A DNA stretch of 64,000 bases from Clostridiales bacterium (lineage in GTDB: Bacteria > Bacillota > Clostridia > Christensenellales > UBA1750). Location: contig SVHB01000002.1 in assembly GCA_015056005.1 (NCBI GenBank), forward strand, positions 13,188 through 77,187. Reading direction: 5' to 3'. Numbering within the stretch: the stretch's first letter is position 1; every line of letters begins with the position of its first letter. Both the position numbers and the translations under genes were made by a program. Below the pieces are notes generated by a model. It had not been told where the DNA came from, did no database searches, and worked only from the letters and a program-made list of their open reading frames with translations. Positions 54,399 through 63,966 of the stretch are shown here, piece after piece.

Positions 54399-55595
54399 TT
54401 ATTCCGCGTTTTGTTTATCGTATTCGATCCAAAGCGGTCTGTATTTTTCTACGTTTTCGTTATGCTTTTCCATCGTCTTTGCAAAAACGATATTGCCTTC
54501 CTGCGGGTCGCCCGCGCAGAAATAATAGTATTCGTCAAGATAGCTTTCATCCGGATAGAGTGCAGCTTCTATCGCATACTGGCTAGGGCAGCAGACAGGT
54601 CCTTCGGGAAGACCTTTTCTGAGATAAGTGTTGTAATCAGAATCAACGCTTGTCTCGCCGCTGTCCAGAACAAGCTTATTGCTGCCTGTGATATACTGCA
54701 CGGTAACGTCGCTCTGGAGCATCATACCTTCTTCCAGTCTGTTATGGAACACGGCAGATACTCTTGCAAAATCCGCTCGCTTAGCTTCTTTTTCTATCAT
54801 TGAAGCAAGAGTCACTATATCATCTATGCTCATAGCGCCCGCATCCTCCTGATGCGCCTTTGCAAGGGAGAGCATATCGTCCATGCGGTTGAGCATCTTC
54901 TTAATTATGGTCTCTTCTGAAGAGCCTACATAAATCTCATATGTATCGGGGAAAAGATACCCTTCAAGCACGTACTTTCTGTCCGGACCTGCGGCAACAT
55001 ATGCTTCTTTTACAAAACTGTATTCATCGGCAAATGCCTCACCGGTTTTGCATAATTCAAGGAATCTTGTCTTATCCCCAAGCGCGCCCTGAGCCACGAG
55101 CGACTCCGCCATGGTCTCGATATCCGCACCTTCTATAATGGTAAAGCGCATTGTCGCCTGAGAGGCTTTGAGGGTGGAAAGAGTTTCTATGATCTCGTTT
55201 ATGGTCATTTTGGGCGAGAGCCTGAAGGTGCCCGCCTGAAGCTTTGGGCCTTTGGATAAAAACTCGGCAGTATACTGGAAGACCGCTTTGTTTCTGATTA
55301 TCCCTTCCTCCTTGAGCTGCCTTGCAATACCTGATACCGTACTTCCCGATTTGATGGTAACGGTCACATAAGAAGGATCGTCTTCGCCTGAGATCTCTCC
55401 TTTTTCCACAGGACTTATATAGTTGTCATAAGCAAAATCAACTGCAAAATAAACCATGCCGATCACTATAGACAGGCTCACGAAAAAAACGCAGACAGGT
55501 CTTAACGCACTCCAAACATCGCTTGCTATCCTGACGTTTTTGCTGACCCTGCGCTTTTTTCGCTTTATTTGGTTTTGGTTTCTCTTTTCGCTCAT
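54399..55595 (-). CDS. mltG: Endolytic murein transglycosylase MltG (YceG-like)
   Basis: N-terminal TM helix, LysM-like segment, YceG core with ...ASMIEKEA... and ...YNTYLRKGLPEGP. Confidence 0.88.
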   Translation of the reverse strand: MSEKRNQNQIKRKKRRVSKNVRIASDVWSALRPVCVFFVSLSIVIGMVYFAVDFAYDNYISPVEKGEISGEDDPSYVTVTIKSGSTVSGIARQLKEEGIIRNKAVFQYTAEFLSKGPKLQAGTFRLSPKMTINEIIETLSTLKASQATMRFTIIEGADIETMAESLVAQGALGDKTRFLELCKTGEAFADEYSFVKEAYVAAGPDRKYVLEGYLFPDTYEIYVGSSEETIIKKMLNRMDDMLSLAKAHQEDAGAMSIDDIVTLASMIEKEAKRADFARVSAVFHNRLEEGMMLQSDVTVQYITGSNKLVLDSGETSVDSDYNTYLRKGLPEGPVCCPSQYAIEAALYPDESYLDEYYYFCAGDPQEGNIVFAKTMEKHNENVEKYRPLWIEYDKQNAE

Positions 55596-55598
55596 TTA

Positions 55599-55949
55599 TC
55601 AATTGCCCTGAAGCATATCGATGTCGATATCGGCAGCTTCGCCAAGTATCTTATAAATGTCTGCAAGCAGCCTCTGGAGCCTGAATTCCGCCATGATGAA
55701 CGCGGTGGCTTCGTTGGACATCTGCAAAACCGCGGTGAGCTTCTGATATTTTTCCATGAGCTCGGAATCGGGCTGCTGTCCGCCGGATACCTGTATCTGC
55801 AGCTGCAGCTGGAGCCTTTTATATTCTTTGAGCAGAGCTTTGTTGGTCTCGCTCTCATAAGCGGCTTCCTTGGCGCGCTGATAAAGAGTATATTCTTCGC
55901 TTTCCTTTATGGCCTTTGCCATTGCATGGGCCTGATCGTATATATTCAT
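55599..55949 (-). CDS. YlbF/YmcA-family regulatory protein (UPF0342)
   Basis: 116-aa helical protein: MNIYDQAHAMAKAIKESEEYTLYQRAKE... Confidence 0.7.
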   Translation of the reverse strand: MNIYDQAHAMAKAIKESEEYTLYQRAKEAAYESETNKALLKEYKRLQLQLQIQVSGGQQPDSELMEKYQKLTAVLQMSNEATAFIMAEFRLQRLLADIYKILGEAADIDIDMLQGN

Positions 55950-56004
55950 CTGTATTCGCCCCCTGTATTTGCTCTGATTTTATCTTTATAACGAACAAAA
56001 GAGC

Positions 56005-57699
56005 TTATTGGTTGCTTTCTCCTGAAACATTCATGATAACGGGCAGTATGACGGGAGAACGCTTGGTCTTTGAATACATGAACGCTCTTATATCGTCCTT
56101 TACCTTGTTTCTCATGGAATTGAATTCATACCTGCCCGCTTCAAGGCAGTTGGTGATAGTATTGGTGGCGATCATCTCGGCTTCGTCAAAGAGATCTTCC
56201 GCCTCCTTGACATACACAAAGCCCCTTGAAATGATCTCTGGTCTTGCGGCAAGCACGCCGTTTTGAATATCTACCACGGCTACGACAATAAGTATACCGT
56301 CCTGAGACAGAAGCTTTCTGTCCTTCAAAACGATGTTGCCGACATCGCCCACACCGCTGCCATCTACCATGATGGCGCCGGTGGGTACAGTGCCTTCGAT
56401 CCTTGCGGTATTTTTGGTAAACAGTATAACATCGCCTGTTTTGGCTCTGATGATATGCCTGTTATCCATGCCAAGGTTTCTCGCGAGCACCTCATGGCTT
56501 CTCAAATGCTTGAACTCGCCGTGAACGGGAATAAAATACTCCGGCTTTACAAGAGTATGGATTATCTTGAGCTCTTCCTGACAGGCATGACCCGATACAT
56601 GTACGTCATCGAGCGCTTCGTAAATAACATCTGCGCCCTTTTTGAACAGCTGATTTATGACCCTTGAAACGTATTTCTCATTTCCCGGGACGGGCGTTGC
56701 GGAAACTATTACCATATCGCTCTGGCGGATATCGAGCTTCCTATGCTCAGAAAACGCCATTCTGGTCAATCCAGCGAGTTCTTCGCCCTGACTGCCGGTA
56801 GTGATTATGACTATCTGATCCTCGTCATAGTAGTCGATATCATCAACATCCAGAAGCCTTCCTTCGGGAATGATCAGCTCGCCCAGATCGGCAGCAAGAT
56901 TTGCCACGTTCACCATCGATCTGCCGTTGAAGACGACATATCTGTTATACCTTGCAGCAGCATCCACTACCTGCTGGATACGCTGAACATTGGAGGCAAA
57001 CATAGCAACGATGATGCGCCCTTTTGCTTTGGAAAAGTAATTGTTGAAGGTATCGCCGACTTTTCTCTCGCTCATGGTATAGCCCGGGCGCTCGGCATTG
57101 GTGGAATCCATCAAAAGGCCGAGAACGCCTTTCTTGCCCAGCTCGGCAAAGCGCTGAAGATCGATAGGCTCGCCGGTTACGGGAGTAAAATCGACCTTAA
57201 AGTCTCCTGTATGGATTATCATGCCCACGGGAGTATTGACAGCAATGGCAACTGCACCCGAAATGGAGTGGTTTACGTTTATGAACTCGATATCAAACGG
57301 ACCGATGTTTATCGTATCTCCGGGCTGTATATCGATAAGGGGCACATCGGTCATACCATGTTCTTTGAGCTTCAGGTTTATGAGCCCCAGCGTCATGGGA
57401 GTGCCGTACAGAGGCACGTTCATCGCAAGCTGCTTGAGCACATAGGGGGTCGAACCGATATGATCTTCATGACCGTGGGTAAATACAAAGCCTCTTACCT
57501 TATCACGGTTCTTTACAAGATAGGAAACATCGGGTATTACAAGGTCTACCCCAAGCATATCCTCCTGCGGGAAGCTCAGACCGCAATCGATCACGATGAT
57601 ATCGTCCTCATACTCTATCACCGTCATATTCTTGCCGATCTCTTCAAGGCCTCCCAGCGGGATAACTTTGAGGGCGGACGTATTCTTTTTTTTAGGCAA
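56005..57699 (-). CDS. rnj: Ribonuclease J
   Basis: Metallo-beta-lactamase HGHEDHIG motif, beta-CASP and C-terminal domain; 564 aa. Confidence 0.93.
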   Translation of the reverse strand: MPKKKNTSALKVIPLGGLEEIGKNMTVIEYEDDIIVIDCGLSFPQEDMLGVDLVIPDVSYLVKNRDKVRGFVFTHGHEDHIGSTPYVLKQLAMNVPLYGTPMTLGLINLKLKEHGMTDVPLIDIQPGDTINIGPFDIEFINVNHSISGAVAIAVNTPVGMIIHTGDFKVDFTPVTGEPIDLQRFAELGKKGVLGLLMDSTNAERPGYTMSERKVGDTFNNYFSKAKGRIIVAMFASNVQRIQQVVDAAARYNRYVVFNGRSMVNVANLAADLGELIIPEGRLLDVDDIDYYDEDQIVIITTGSQGEELAGLTRMAFSEHRKLDIRQSDMVIVSATPVPGNEKYVSRVINQLFKKGADVIYEALDDVHVSGHACQEELKIIHTLVKPEYFIPVHGEFKHLRSHEVLARNLGMDNRHIIRAKTGDVILFTKNTARIEGTVPTGAIMVDGSGVGDVGNIVLKDRKLLSQDGILIVVAVVDIQNGVLAARPEIISRGFVYVKEAEDLFDEAEMIATNTITNCLEAGRYEFNSMRNKVKDDIRAFMYSKTKRSPVILPVIMNVSGESNQ

Positions 57700-57816
57700 A
57701 AAACTATCCTCCTTAAAAATTTGATTATATTATCGGGCAGCGCCCATTTAAGACTTTGGCTGAAAACTGCATCATAAATAAACCGCCGGAAAACTGCGGC
57801 TGAAAAAGGAAAAATA

Positions 57817-58104
57817 TCAGAGGTAATAATCGCAGGCTACGGAAGCTGTTCTTACTTTATGCATATGCGCTCTAACGGGCATATGTACGGGATGGGTCTG
57901 ATATTTCTGGAAGGATTCAAGACTGTCAAACTCGCAGACAAGAGCGATGTCATAATTGCGGTCAGCCTCAAGGAAATTCGCGCCTGCTTCAAGGGAAAGC
58001 ATACCTTCGATCTTACCCTCCATGCTCCTGAGCATACCAAGAGTGTATTCTATGTTTTCCTTGGAAGTATCGGCCAGTTTGAACATAACGATGTGACGCA
58101 GCAT
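57817..58104 (-). CDS. Dabb (stress-responsive alpha/beta barrel) domain protein
   Basis: MLRHIVMFKL... and ...HPVH..V pattern; 95 aa. Confidence 0.75.
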   Translation of the reverse strand: MLRHIVMFKLADTSKENIEYTLGMLRSMEGKIEGMLSLEAGANFLEADRNYDIALVCEFDSLESFQKYQTHPVHMPVRAHMHKVRTASVACDYYL

Positions 58105-58179
58105 AGCAAAAAATCTCCCATGTTATTTATTCATATTATTATACCAGATTGCGGTAATATATGCAACGCCAAAATTATA

Positions 58180-58208
58180 TTGCGGCAATGCCTTCAAAAT
58201 GCTATAAT
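58180..58208 (+). promoter_or_regulatory. Sigma-A promoter for galM (TTGCGG-17 nt-TGcTATAAT)
   Basis: ttgcgg at 58180-58185 and tataat at 58203-58208 with an upstream TG. Confidence 0.5.
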
Positions 58209-58245
58209 ATGTAAAACAAAAGTGAAACGAAAGGAAAGATTCTTT

Positions 58246-59304
58246 ATGATAAAGCTCATTAAATCCGGCGTTTATAAAGGTAAGGACTGGGTCGTATATG
58301 AAGTGACCAACGATCTTGGCATGTCGATGACCGTCACCAATATCGGCTGCTGCATAATGACCCTTAATGTTCCCGATAAAAACGGTAAGATCGACGATAT
58401 CGTGCTCGGCTACGATACTGTCGAAGAATATCTTGATAAGCCCAATTATTTCGGTGCGGTCATCGGCAGAGTCGGCAACCGCATCAAGGACGGTCATTTC
58501 ATGATCGACGGCAGAGAATACGACGTTACCCTCACCGCCCCAAATGTATCTCTTCACGGCGGCAAGGAAGGCTTTGATGTTCGCGCATTTACCCATTGCA
58601 TCGGCAAGTACAACGGCTACGAAGCCCTTATCTTCAACTACACCAGCGTTGACGGCGAAGAAGGCTATCCCGGCGATCTTTCCCTCAAGGTCGTATATTG
58701 CCTGACAAATGACGGTGAGCTTATCCTCAACTACACCGCAACCACCACCGATGCTACCCCCATCAACATCACAAACCATTCCTTCTTCAATCTGGCGGGA
58801 CATACGAGCGGCGAATGCACCGATAACATCATGTGGATAAACGCCGATTACTTTACCGATACCGATGAGGATCAGAACACCAACGGCGCTATCCTTCCCG
58901 TTTGGAATACCCCCCTTGACTTCAATGAGCCCACCGTTATCGGCGAAAGAATAGATGACGAAAGCTGTCAGGCCATAAAACTGGGCAAGGGCTACGACCA
59001 CAACTATGTTCTCAAAAAGGAGATCCCCGGCAGTATCGAACTTTGCGCACAGCTGAGCGATCCCAAATCCGGCAGAGTCATGCAAGTCTATACCGACCAG
59101 CTCGGTGTTCAGTTCTATTCCGGCAATTTCCTCACCGGTGCTCCCGGCAAGGGCGGTGCCAAGTACGTAAAGCGCAGTGCAATGTGCCTTGAAACTCAGG
59201 ATTTCCCCAATGCCGTAAATTATCCCCATTTCCCCAACGGCATCCTGCGTCCCGACGAAGTCTATGACAGGACTACCATTTATAGATTTACCACCGAGGA
59301 ATAA
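58246..59304 (+). CDS. galM: Aldose 1-epimerase (galactose mutarotase)
   Basis: FGAVIGRVGNRI, SLHGG, ITNHSFFNL and CLETQ blocks. The real ATG is at 58246, inside the long track ORF. Confidence 0.9.
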   Translation: MIKLIKSGVYKGKDWVVYEVTNDLGMSMTVTNIGCCIMTLNVPDKNGKIDDIVLGYDTVEEYLDKPNYFGAVIGRVGNRIKDGHFMIDGREYDVTLTAPNVSLHGGKEGFDVRAFTHCIGKYNGYEALIFNYTSVDGEEGYPGDLSLKVVYCLTNDGELILNYTATTTDATPINITNHSFFNLAGHTSGECTDNIMWINADYFTDTDEDQNTNGAILPVWNTPLDFNEPTVIGERIDDESCQAIKLGKGYDHNYVLKKEIPGSIELCAQLSDPKSGRVMQVYTDQLGVQFYSGNFLTGAPGKGGAKYVKRSAMCLETQDFPNAVNYPHFPNGILRPDEVYDRTTIYRFTTEE

Positions 59305-59315
59305 GATAAAACACA

Positions 59316-59360
59316 AAAATTGCCCGCATGAAGCTTTTTCATGCGGGCGATTCTTTTGTT
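59316..59360. terminator. Bidirectional intrinsic terminator
   Basis: 11-bp stem gcccgcatgaa/ttcatgcgggc with a 5-nt loop, flanked by A- and T-rich runs, between convergent genes. Confidence 0.8.
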
Positions 59361-59382
59361 TATTATTGATTTGATACTTGGA

Positions 59383-59781
59383 TTACTTGAGGAAATCGAA
59401 GAATTCGACGCGTTCTCCGTCGGGACCTTCGAAGAAGATGTTCTTAACGCCGCCGAACATGGTGAGATCGCCGACTTTGGCTTCTTCCTTAATAACGCCC
59501 TGAGCCTTGAGGTCGGCTACGAGCTCGTCGATACCGGTTACTTCAACGCAGAAATGGTCAACAACGCCTGCGGGACGCTCGGTGATATCGGGGCGATTGA
59601 TGATCTCAAGGATGCAGGTGCCGCATTCCATAAAGGCGATGCCGCCGCCGCCGTTTCTGGCAAAGCGCTGAGTCTCTGCAAAGCCGAGTTTTTTGTAGAA
59701 ATCAAGTGATCTTTCAAGATCCTTTACGAAAATAGCAATGTGGCCAAGACCAACTACCTTTGCTTTCTTATCAGCAGACAT
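59383..59781 (-). CDS. VOC-family protein (glyoxalase I/lactoylglutathione-lyase-like)
   Basis: GLGHIAIFVKDLERSLDFYKKLGF, a typical VOC beta-alpha-beta-beta-beta module. Confidence 0.8.
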   Translation of the reverse strand: MSADKKAKVVGLGHIAIFVKDLERSLDFYKKLGFAETQRFARNGGGGIAFMECGTCILEIINRPDITERPAGVVDHFCVEVTGIDELVADLKAQGVIKEEAKVGDLTMFGGVKNIFFEGPDGERVEFFDFLK

Positions 59782-59852
59782 AAATCATACCTCCGAATTT
59801 TTGTTTGTGTTATTAAATATATCATAATTTTTCCCAATAATCAATTTTTATG

Positions 59853-59881
59853 TTGCTCATTTGGCAAAAATGAAGTATTAT
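59853..59881 (+). promoter_or_regulatory. Candidate promoter for the ECF S-component/coaX operon (TTGCTC-17 nt-TATTAT)
   Basis: ttgctc at 59853-59858 and tattat at 59876-59881. The predicted transcript would begin at a strong hairpin (59886-59916). Confidence 0.4.
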
Positions 59882-59986
59882 ATCTGTGTCGGTATCGATT
59901 TATTCGAACCGAACACCTCGGGCTGTTTCGCTTGCGAAAAAAGCACCGTCAGGTATCTTATTTGAACTTGAACGGAGGACAATCAA

Positions 59987-60604
59987 ATGAAACGCAACGG
60001 TTTTTCCACCCACAAATTCGTGACCCTTTCTCTTTTGGTTGCGATAATGTTCCTTTTCCAGTTTACAAACCTTGGATTCATCAGGCTCGGCACGATCAGC
60101 ATCACCTTTATGTGCATTCCGATCATTATCGGTACGCTCACTCTCGGCCTTATTCCGGGCCTTCTGCTGGGCGCGGTGTTTGCGTCGCTGAGTTTTTATA
60201 ATGCCCTTGTGGCGCCCGACGCTATCTTTGCGGCGGTGCTGTCTCAGAGCGGGTATCTGCCCCTCATCCCTGTGATCTTTATCCCAAGGCTTCTTATACC
60301 GATATTTACTTATCTTGCGCAGAAGGCATGCATAAAGCTCAACGAAAAGCTTGCGGTCACGATTTGTGCACTTGTCGGTTCTTTGACCAACACGGTATTC
60401 TTTTTAAGCTTCCTCTGGGTATTCTTCGGTCAGCACATGGCAGTGCTTTATAACGTATCTTCTCCACTTATGCTGTTTGGTCCCATTTGCCTTATTGTTT
60501 TGACCAACGGCGTTCCCGAAGCACTTGCTGCCGTTATCATCTGCATACCTGTTATGCATGCACTGAAAAAAGCGATGCCTAAAATGTTTTCAGGTTCACG
60601 CTGA
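59987..60604 (+). CDS. ECF-transporter S component, probably pantothenate-specific (PanT-like)
   Basis: 205-aa protein with six hydrophobic helices. Specificity is inferred only from the adjacent coaX. Confidence 0.65.
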   Translation: MKRNGFSTHKFVTLSLLVAIMFLFQFTNLGFIRLGTISITFMCIPIIIGTLTLGLIPGLLLGAVFASLSFYNALVAPDAIFAAVLSQSGYLPLIPVIFIPRLLIPIFTYLAQKACIKLNEKLAVTICALVGSLTNTVFFLSFLWVFFGQHMAVLYNVSSPLMLFGPICLIVLTNGVPEALAAVIICIPVMHALKKAMPKMFSGSR

Positions 60605-60640
60605 CTTAACTTTTGTATATTATAATTTTTATATAATGAG

Positions 60641-61429
60641 GTGCTCCAATTGGTTTTAACTATCGACATCGGCAATACAAACATAAAATGCGCCCTTTTT
60701 GAAGGGATGAAGATGGTTCATTACTATCGTCTTTCCACGGACAGAGCCAAGACCAGCCATGAATACGGCATTATGCTCTATATGTTCATGCAGCGCGACA
60801 ATGTCAGCGTAGATCAGATTGAAGGCATCATCGTGTCTTCCGTCGTTCCTTCCATGAACTTCACTATTGAGCATATGATAACCGACTACTTCAATCTCAA
60901 GCCGATGTGGGTCGCACCGGGCATCAAGACCGGTATCAATCTCAAGTACGAGAATCCCCAGTCTCTGGGTACCGACCGTATCGCAAATGCAGTCGCGGCA
61001 TATGAGTATTACGGCGGACCCTGCATCTTCATCGATTTCGGTACCGCAACCACCTACGGCGTTATGAGCGATAACGGTGTATTCCTTGGCGGCGCGATAT
61101 GCCCCGGTCTCAAGCTTTCCATGGAAGCGCTTGCAGAAAAGGCTGCGCAGCTTACCAAGGTAGAGCTTGTAAAGCCCGAAAGCGTTATTGCAAGAAATAC
61201 CATCAAGAACATGCAGGCAGGTCTGGTCTACGGCTTTGTAGGTCAGGTAGATTATATCGTAAAGAAGATGAAGCAGGAGCTGGGCTCCGATCCTTCCACG
61301 ATCAAGGTCATCGCGACCGGCGGTATGGCAAGGATGATATCCTCAGAGGCACATTGCATAGATTTCATCGACGGCGAACTTACTCTTAAAGGTTTGCGTC
61401 TGCTGTATGAGCGCAACCGTAAATCATAA
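60641..61429 (+). CDS. coaX: Type III pantothenate kinase
   Basis: LTIDIGNTN, GTDR and GTATT motifs. The real start may be the TTG at 60650, 6 nt after GAGGTG. Confidence 0.9.
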   Translation: MLQLVLTIDIGNTNIKCALFEGMKMVHYYRLSTDRAKTSHEYGIMLYMFMQRDNVSVDQIEGIIVSSVVPSMNFTIEHMITDYFNLKPMWVAPGIKTGINLKYENPQSLGTDRIANAVAAYEYYGGPCIFIDFGTATTYGVMSDNGVFLGGAICPGLKLSMEALAEKAAQLTKVELVKPESVIARNTIKNMQAGLVYGFVGQVDYIVKKMKQELGSDPSTIKVIATGGMARMISSEAHCIDFIDGELTLKGLRLLYERNRKS

Positions 61430-61454
61430 AATCAACTAAGGAGCGTGCAAAAAA

Positions 61455-61802
61455 ATGCTTATCAAGGCAAACGAAGCTACTCTGGATCTGCGCCCCGAAA
61501 TGCGCGGCGGCACCGGAACCATCGAGATCAAAAATCATGTTACCAAAGCTGATCTTCCTAAAAACCTTAGGCTCGTAGCCGAGATCACCGTTGTTCCCGG
61601 CGCTTCCATCGGCTTCCACGAGCACAAGGGCGAGACCGAGATCTTTGTTATCAAGAGCGGCTGCGGAAGGATCCTTGACGACAACGATTCTTACCTCGTA
61701 AATGTCGGCGATGTTGTACTGACCGGCGATTCCCATTCTCACGGCGTTGCCTGCGAAGGTAACGAGCCCCTTGTTATGACCGCAGTCATAGTTCTCGACT
61801 AA
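61455..61802 (+). CDS. Cupin-domain protein
   Basis: GASIGFHEHKGETEIFVI... and ...GDSHSHG cupin motifs 1 and 2. Confidence 0.75.
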   Translation: MLIKANEATLDLRPEMRGGTGTIEIKNHVTKADLPKNLRLVAEITVVPGASIGFHEHKGETEIFVIKSGCGRILDDNDSYLVNVGDVVLTGDSHSHGVACEGNEPLVMTAVIVLD

Positions 61803-61808
61803 TGTGAG

Positions 61809-62666
61809 GTGAATGGCGTGAACAGCAAGAAAATCGGCGTTTTTTCCGAATCTTTCAAGCTCGGCCTTTATGGTGGTATAAAAAAAGCGGCTGAAATCGG
61901 TGCCGGTGCAGTACAGATTTCCACCGCATGCGACGAGATCGCTCCATGGAATTTTGATAAGGCGCGAAGAGCCGAGCTTAAAAAGTTTGTTGCGGATAAC
62001 GGTCTTGTTATCGCATCCATCTGCGGCGATCTTGGTGGACACGGCCTTGCCGCAGCCAAGGATAATATTGAAAAGCTGCCTAAATATTTGAGTCAGGTAG
62101 ACCTTGCTCTGGATCTTGGCTGTGATACCATAACTACTCATATCGGTATAGTGCCCGATGACAATAGCGCAGAAAATTATCATGTTCTTCAGGACGCCAT
62201 GGGCAAGTTTGGTCTTTACGCCCAAAATAACGGTATCAGGCTCGCAATTGAGACCGGTCCGGAAACTCCCGAGGTGCTCATGAGTTTTGTAAACACCCTG
62301 CCCGAGAGCGTCGGCATAAACCTTGACCCCGCAAACCTCGTTATGGTCACAGGCGCCGATCCCGTGAAGGCGGTTTATACATTTAACAAGAGGATTTATC
62401 ACACCCATGTAAAAGACGGTAAGATGCTAAAATACATCGGACCAAAAGTAATTTACACTTACTTCGCAGAAGGCGGCATAGAAGATATGCGGATGGAAGA
62501 ATATTTCCTTGAAACTCCTCTGGGTCAGGGCAGCGTTGATCTTCCCGCATGGCTCAAGGCGCTGGATGAAGTCGGCTACAAGGGTTATTACACTATCGAG
62601 CGCGAGGTCGGCGGCAATCCCGAAGGCGATATCCGCGCAGCGATCGATTTCCTGAAAGGCATTTAG
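61809..62666 (+). CDS. Sugar phosphate isomerase/epimerase (xylose-isomerase-like TIM barrel)
   Basis: RLAIETGPE, NLDPANL and HTHVKD metal-ligand-type blocks. GTG start at 61809 or 61818. Confidence 0.75.
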   Translation: MNGVNSKKIGVFSESFKLGLYGGIKKAAEIGAGAVQISTACDEIAPWNFDKARRAELKKFVADNGLVIASICGDLGGHGLAAAKDNIEKLPKYLSQVDLALDLGCDTITTHIGIVPDDNSAENYHVLQDAMGKFGLYAQNNGIRLAIETGPETPEVLMSFVNTLPESVGINLDPANLVMVTGADPVKAVYTFNKRIYHTHVKDGKMLKYIGPKVIYTYFAEGGIEDMRMEEYFLETPLGQGSVDLPAWLKALDEVGYKGYYTIEREVGGNPEGDIRAAIDFLKGI

Positions 62667-62670
62667 TATA

Positions 62671-63966
62671 ATGGCGCATTTGCTTGTGAGAGTGCCCAAA
62701 GGCTCCCCCGCTTTCAGAGCAGGCGTAAAGCCGGGTGATCTGCTTGTGAAAATAGACGGTCACGATATAATCGACGTGATCGACTACCAGTATTTTGTCT
62801 CCCATGAGAATCCTGTGCTGACCCTTATAAGAGACGGAAGGCAGTTCGATCTTCGTGTGCTTAAACGCTCGGGAGATTCGCTTGGCATCTATTTTGACGA
62901 CATGCTTATGGACAAAACGCGTACATGCGCAAATAATTGCGCGTTTTGTTTTATTGACCAGATGCCTCCCGGGCTCAGGGATACATTATATGTAAAAGAT
63001 GACGACTGGCGGCTCTCGCTGCTTACCGGCAATTATGTCACGCTTACCAATGTGGGCGAAAGAGAGCTTGACAGGATCATCGAAAGAGGCGTAAGCCCGC
63101 TGTATATTTCCGTTCATGCGACCGACGGAGAAGTTCGCGCTCGCATAATGAACAACAAAAACGCCGCAAAGATAATGGAAAGGCTCAAAAGGCTGAGCGA
63201 AGGAAATATCGCCTTCCACGCGCAGATCGTGCTTTGCCCAACCTTAAACGACGGCGAGGTGCTGAAAAAGACGCTCAGCGACCTTACTGCCTTTGAAAAC
63301 TGTCTTTCCATCGCTATCGTCCCGGTAGGCATGACCGCTTTCAGGGACAACCTTTTTAAGCTGACTCCATTTACCGAAGAAACCGCAAGGCAGGCGCTTG
63401 ATATCTGCAAAGACGCCAATGACAGCAGGATATATGTTTCCGATGAAATGTATATCAAAGCAAATCTACCCCTTCCCGACTGCGAAAGCTACGGCGATTT
63501 TCCGCAGATCGAAAACGGCGTTGGCATGCTGAGGCTTTTTGAGAAGGAATACCTTGAAGCAAGAAATAGTATCAAGCGTATTTATAAAAGAAACTGCGCG
63601 GTGCTCACCGGCGTATCTGCATCGGATTTTATTAAAGATATGCTGAGCAATTTTCCGATACCCGGGGTCAACGTTCGCATACATGCGGTTGAAAACACCT
63701 TCTTCGGCAAAACGATCACCGTTACAGGACTTTTGACCGGACAGGATCTTTTGAAAGCGGCGCTTTCGGTACCCGAACAGGAGATACTCATATCACGCTG
63801 TACAATGAAGGCTGAAGAGGAAATTTTCCTCGACGGCATGACGCTTGAAGAGCTCAAAGAGCGCTCGGGCAAAAATATTACTGTCTCCCCCAACGACGGC
63901 GCAGGCTTCTGCGCTGCTATCGCGGGCGAGCATACTGATAAGGTGGATATATGGCAAGACCTTTAG
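62671..63966 (+). CDS. DUF512 protein (PDZ + radical-SAM-like CxxxCxxC domain)
   Basis: N-terminal PDZ (GSPAFRAGVKPGDLLVKIDG) and CANNCAFC cluster motif; sits immediately upstream of der. Confidence 0.8.
   Translation: MAHLLVRVPKGSPAFRAGVKPGDLLVKIDGHDIIDVIDYQYFVSHENPVLTLIRDGRQFDLRVLKRSGDSLGIYFDDMLMDKTRTCANNCAFCFIDQMPPGLRDTLYVKDDDWRLSLLTGNYVTLTNVGERELDRIIERGVSPLYISVHATDGEVRARIMNNKNAAKIMERLKRLSEGNIAFHAQIVLCPTLNDGEVLKKTLSDLTAFENCLSIAIVPVGMTAFRDNLFKLTPFTEETARQALDICKDANDSRIYVSDEMYIKANLPLPDCESYGDFPQIENGVGMLRLFEKEYLEARNSIKRIYKRNCAVLTGVSASDFIKDMLSNFPIPGVNVRIHAVENTFFGKTITVTGLLTGQDLLKAALSVPEQEILISRCTMKAEEEIFLDGMTLEELKERSGKNITVSPNDGAGFCAAIAGEHTDKVDIWQDL

Noticed and set aside
58123-59316. 397-aa minus-strand ORF, plus the 5' extension (57859-58245) of the galM ORF.
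   Set aside because: The minus-strand ORF is antisense to galM. The plus-strand extension runs antisense through the Dabb gene and across a good promoter. The real galM start is the ATG at 58246.
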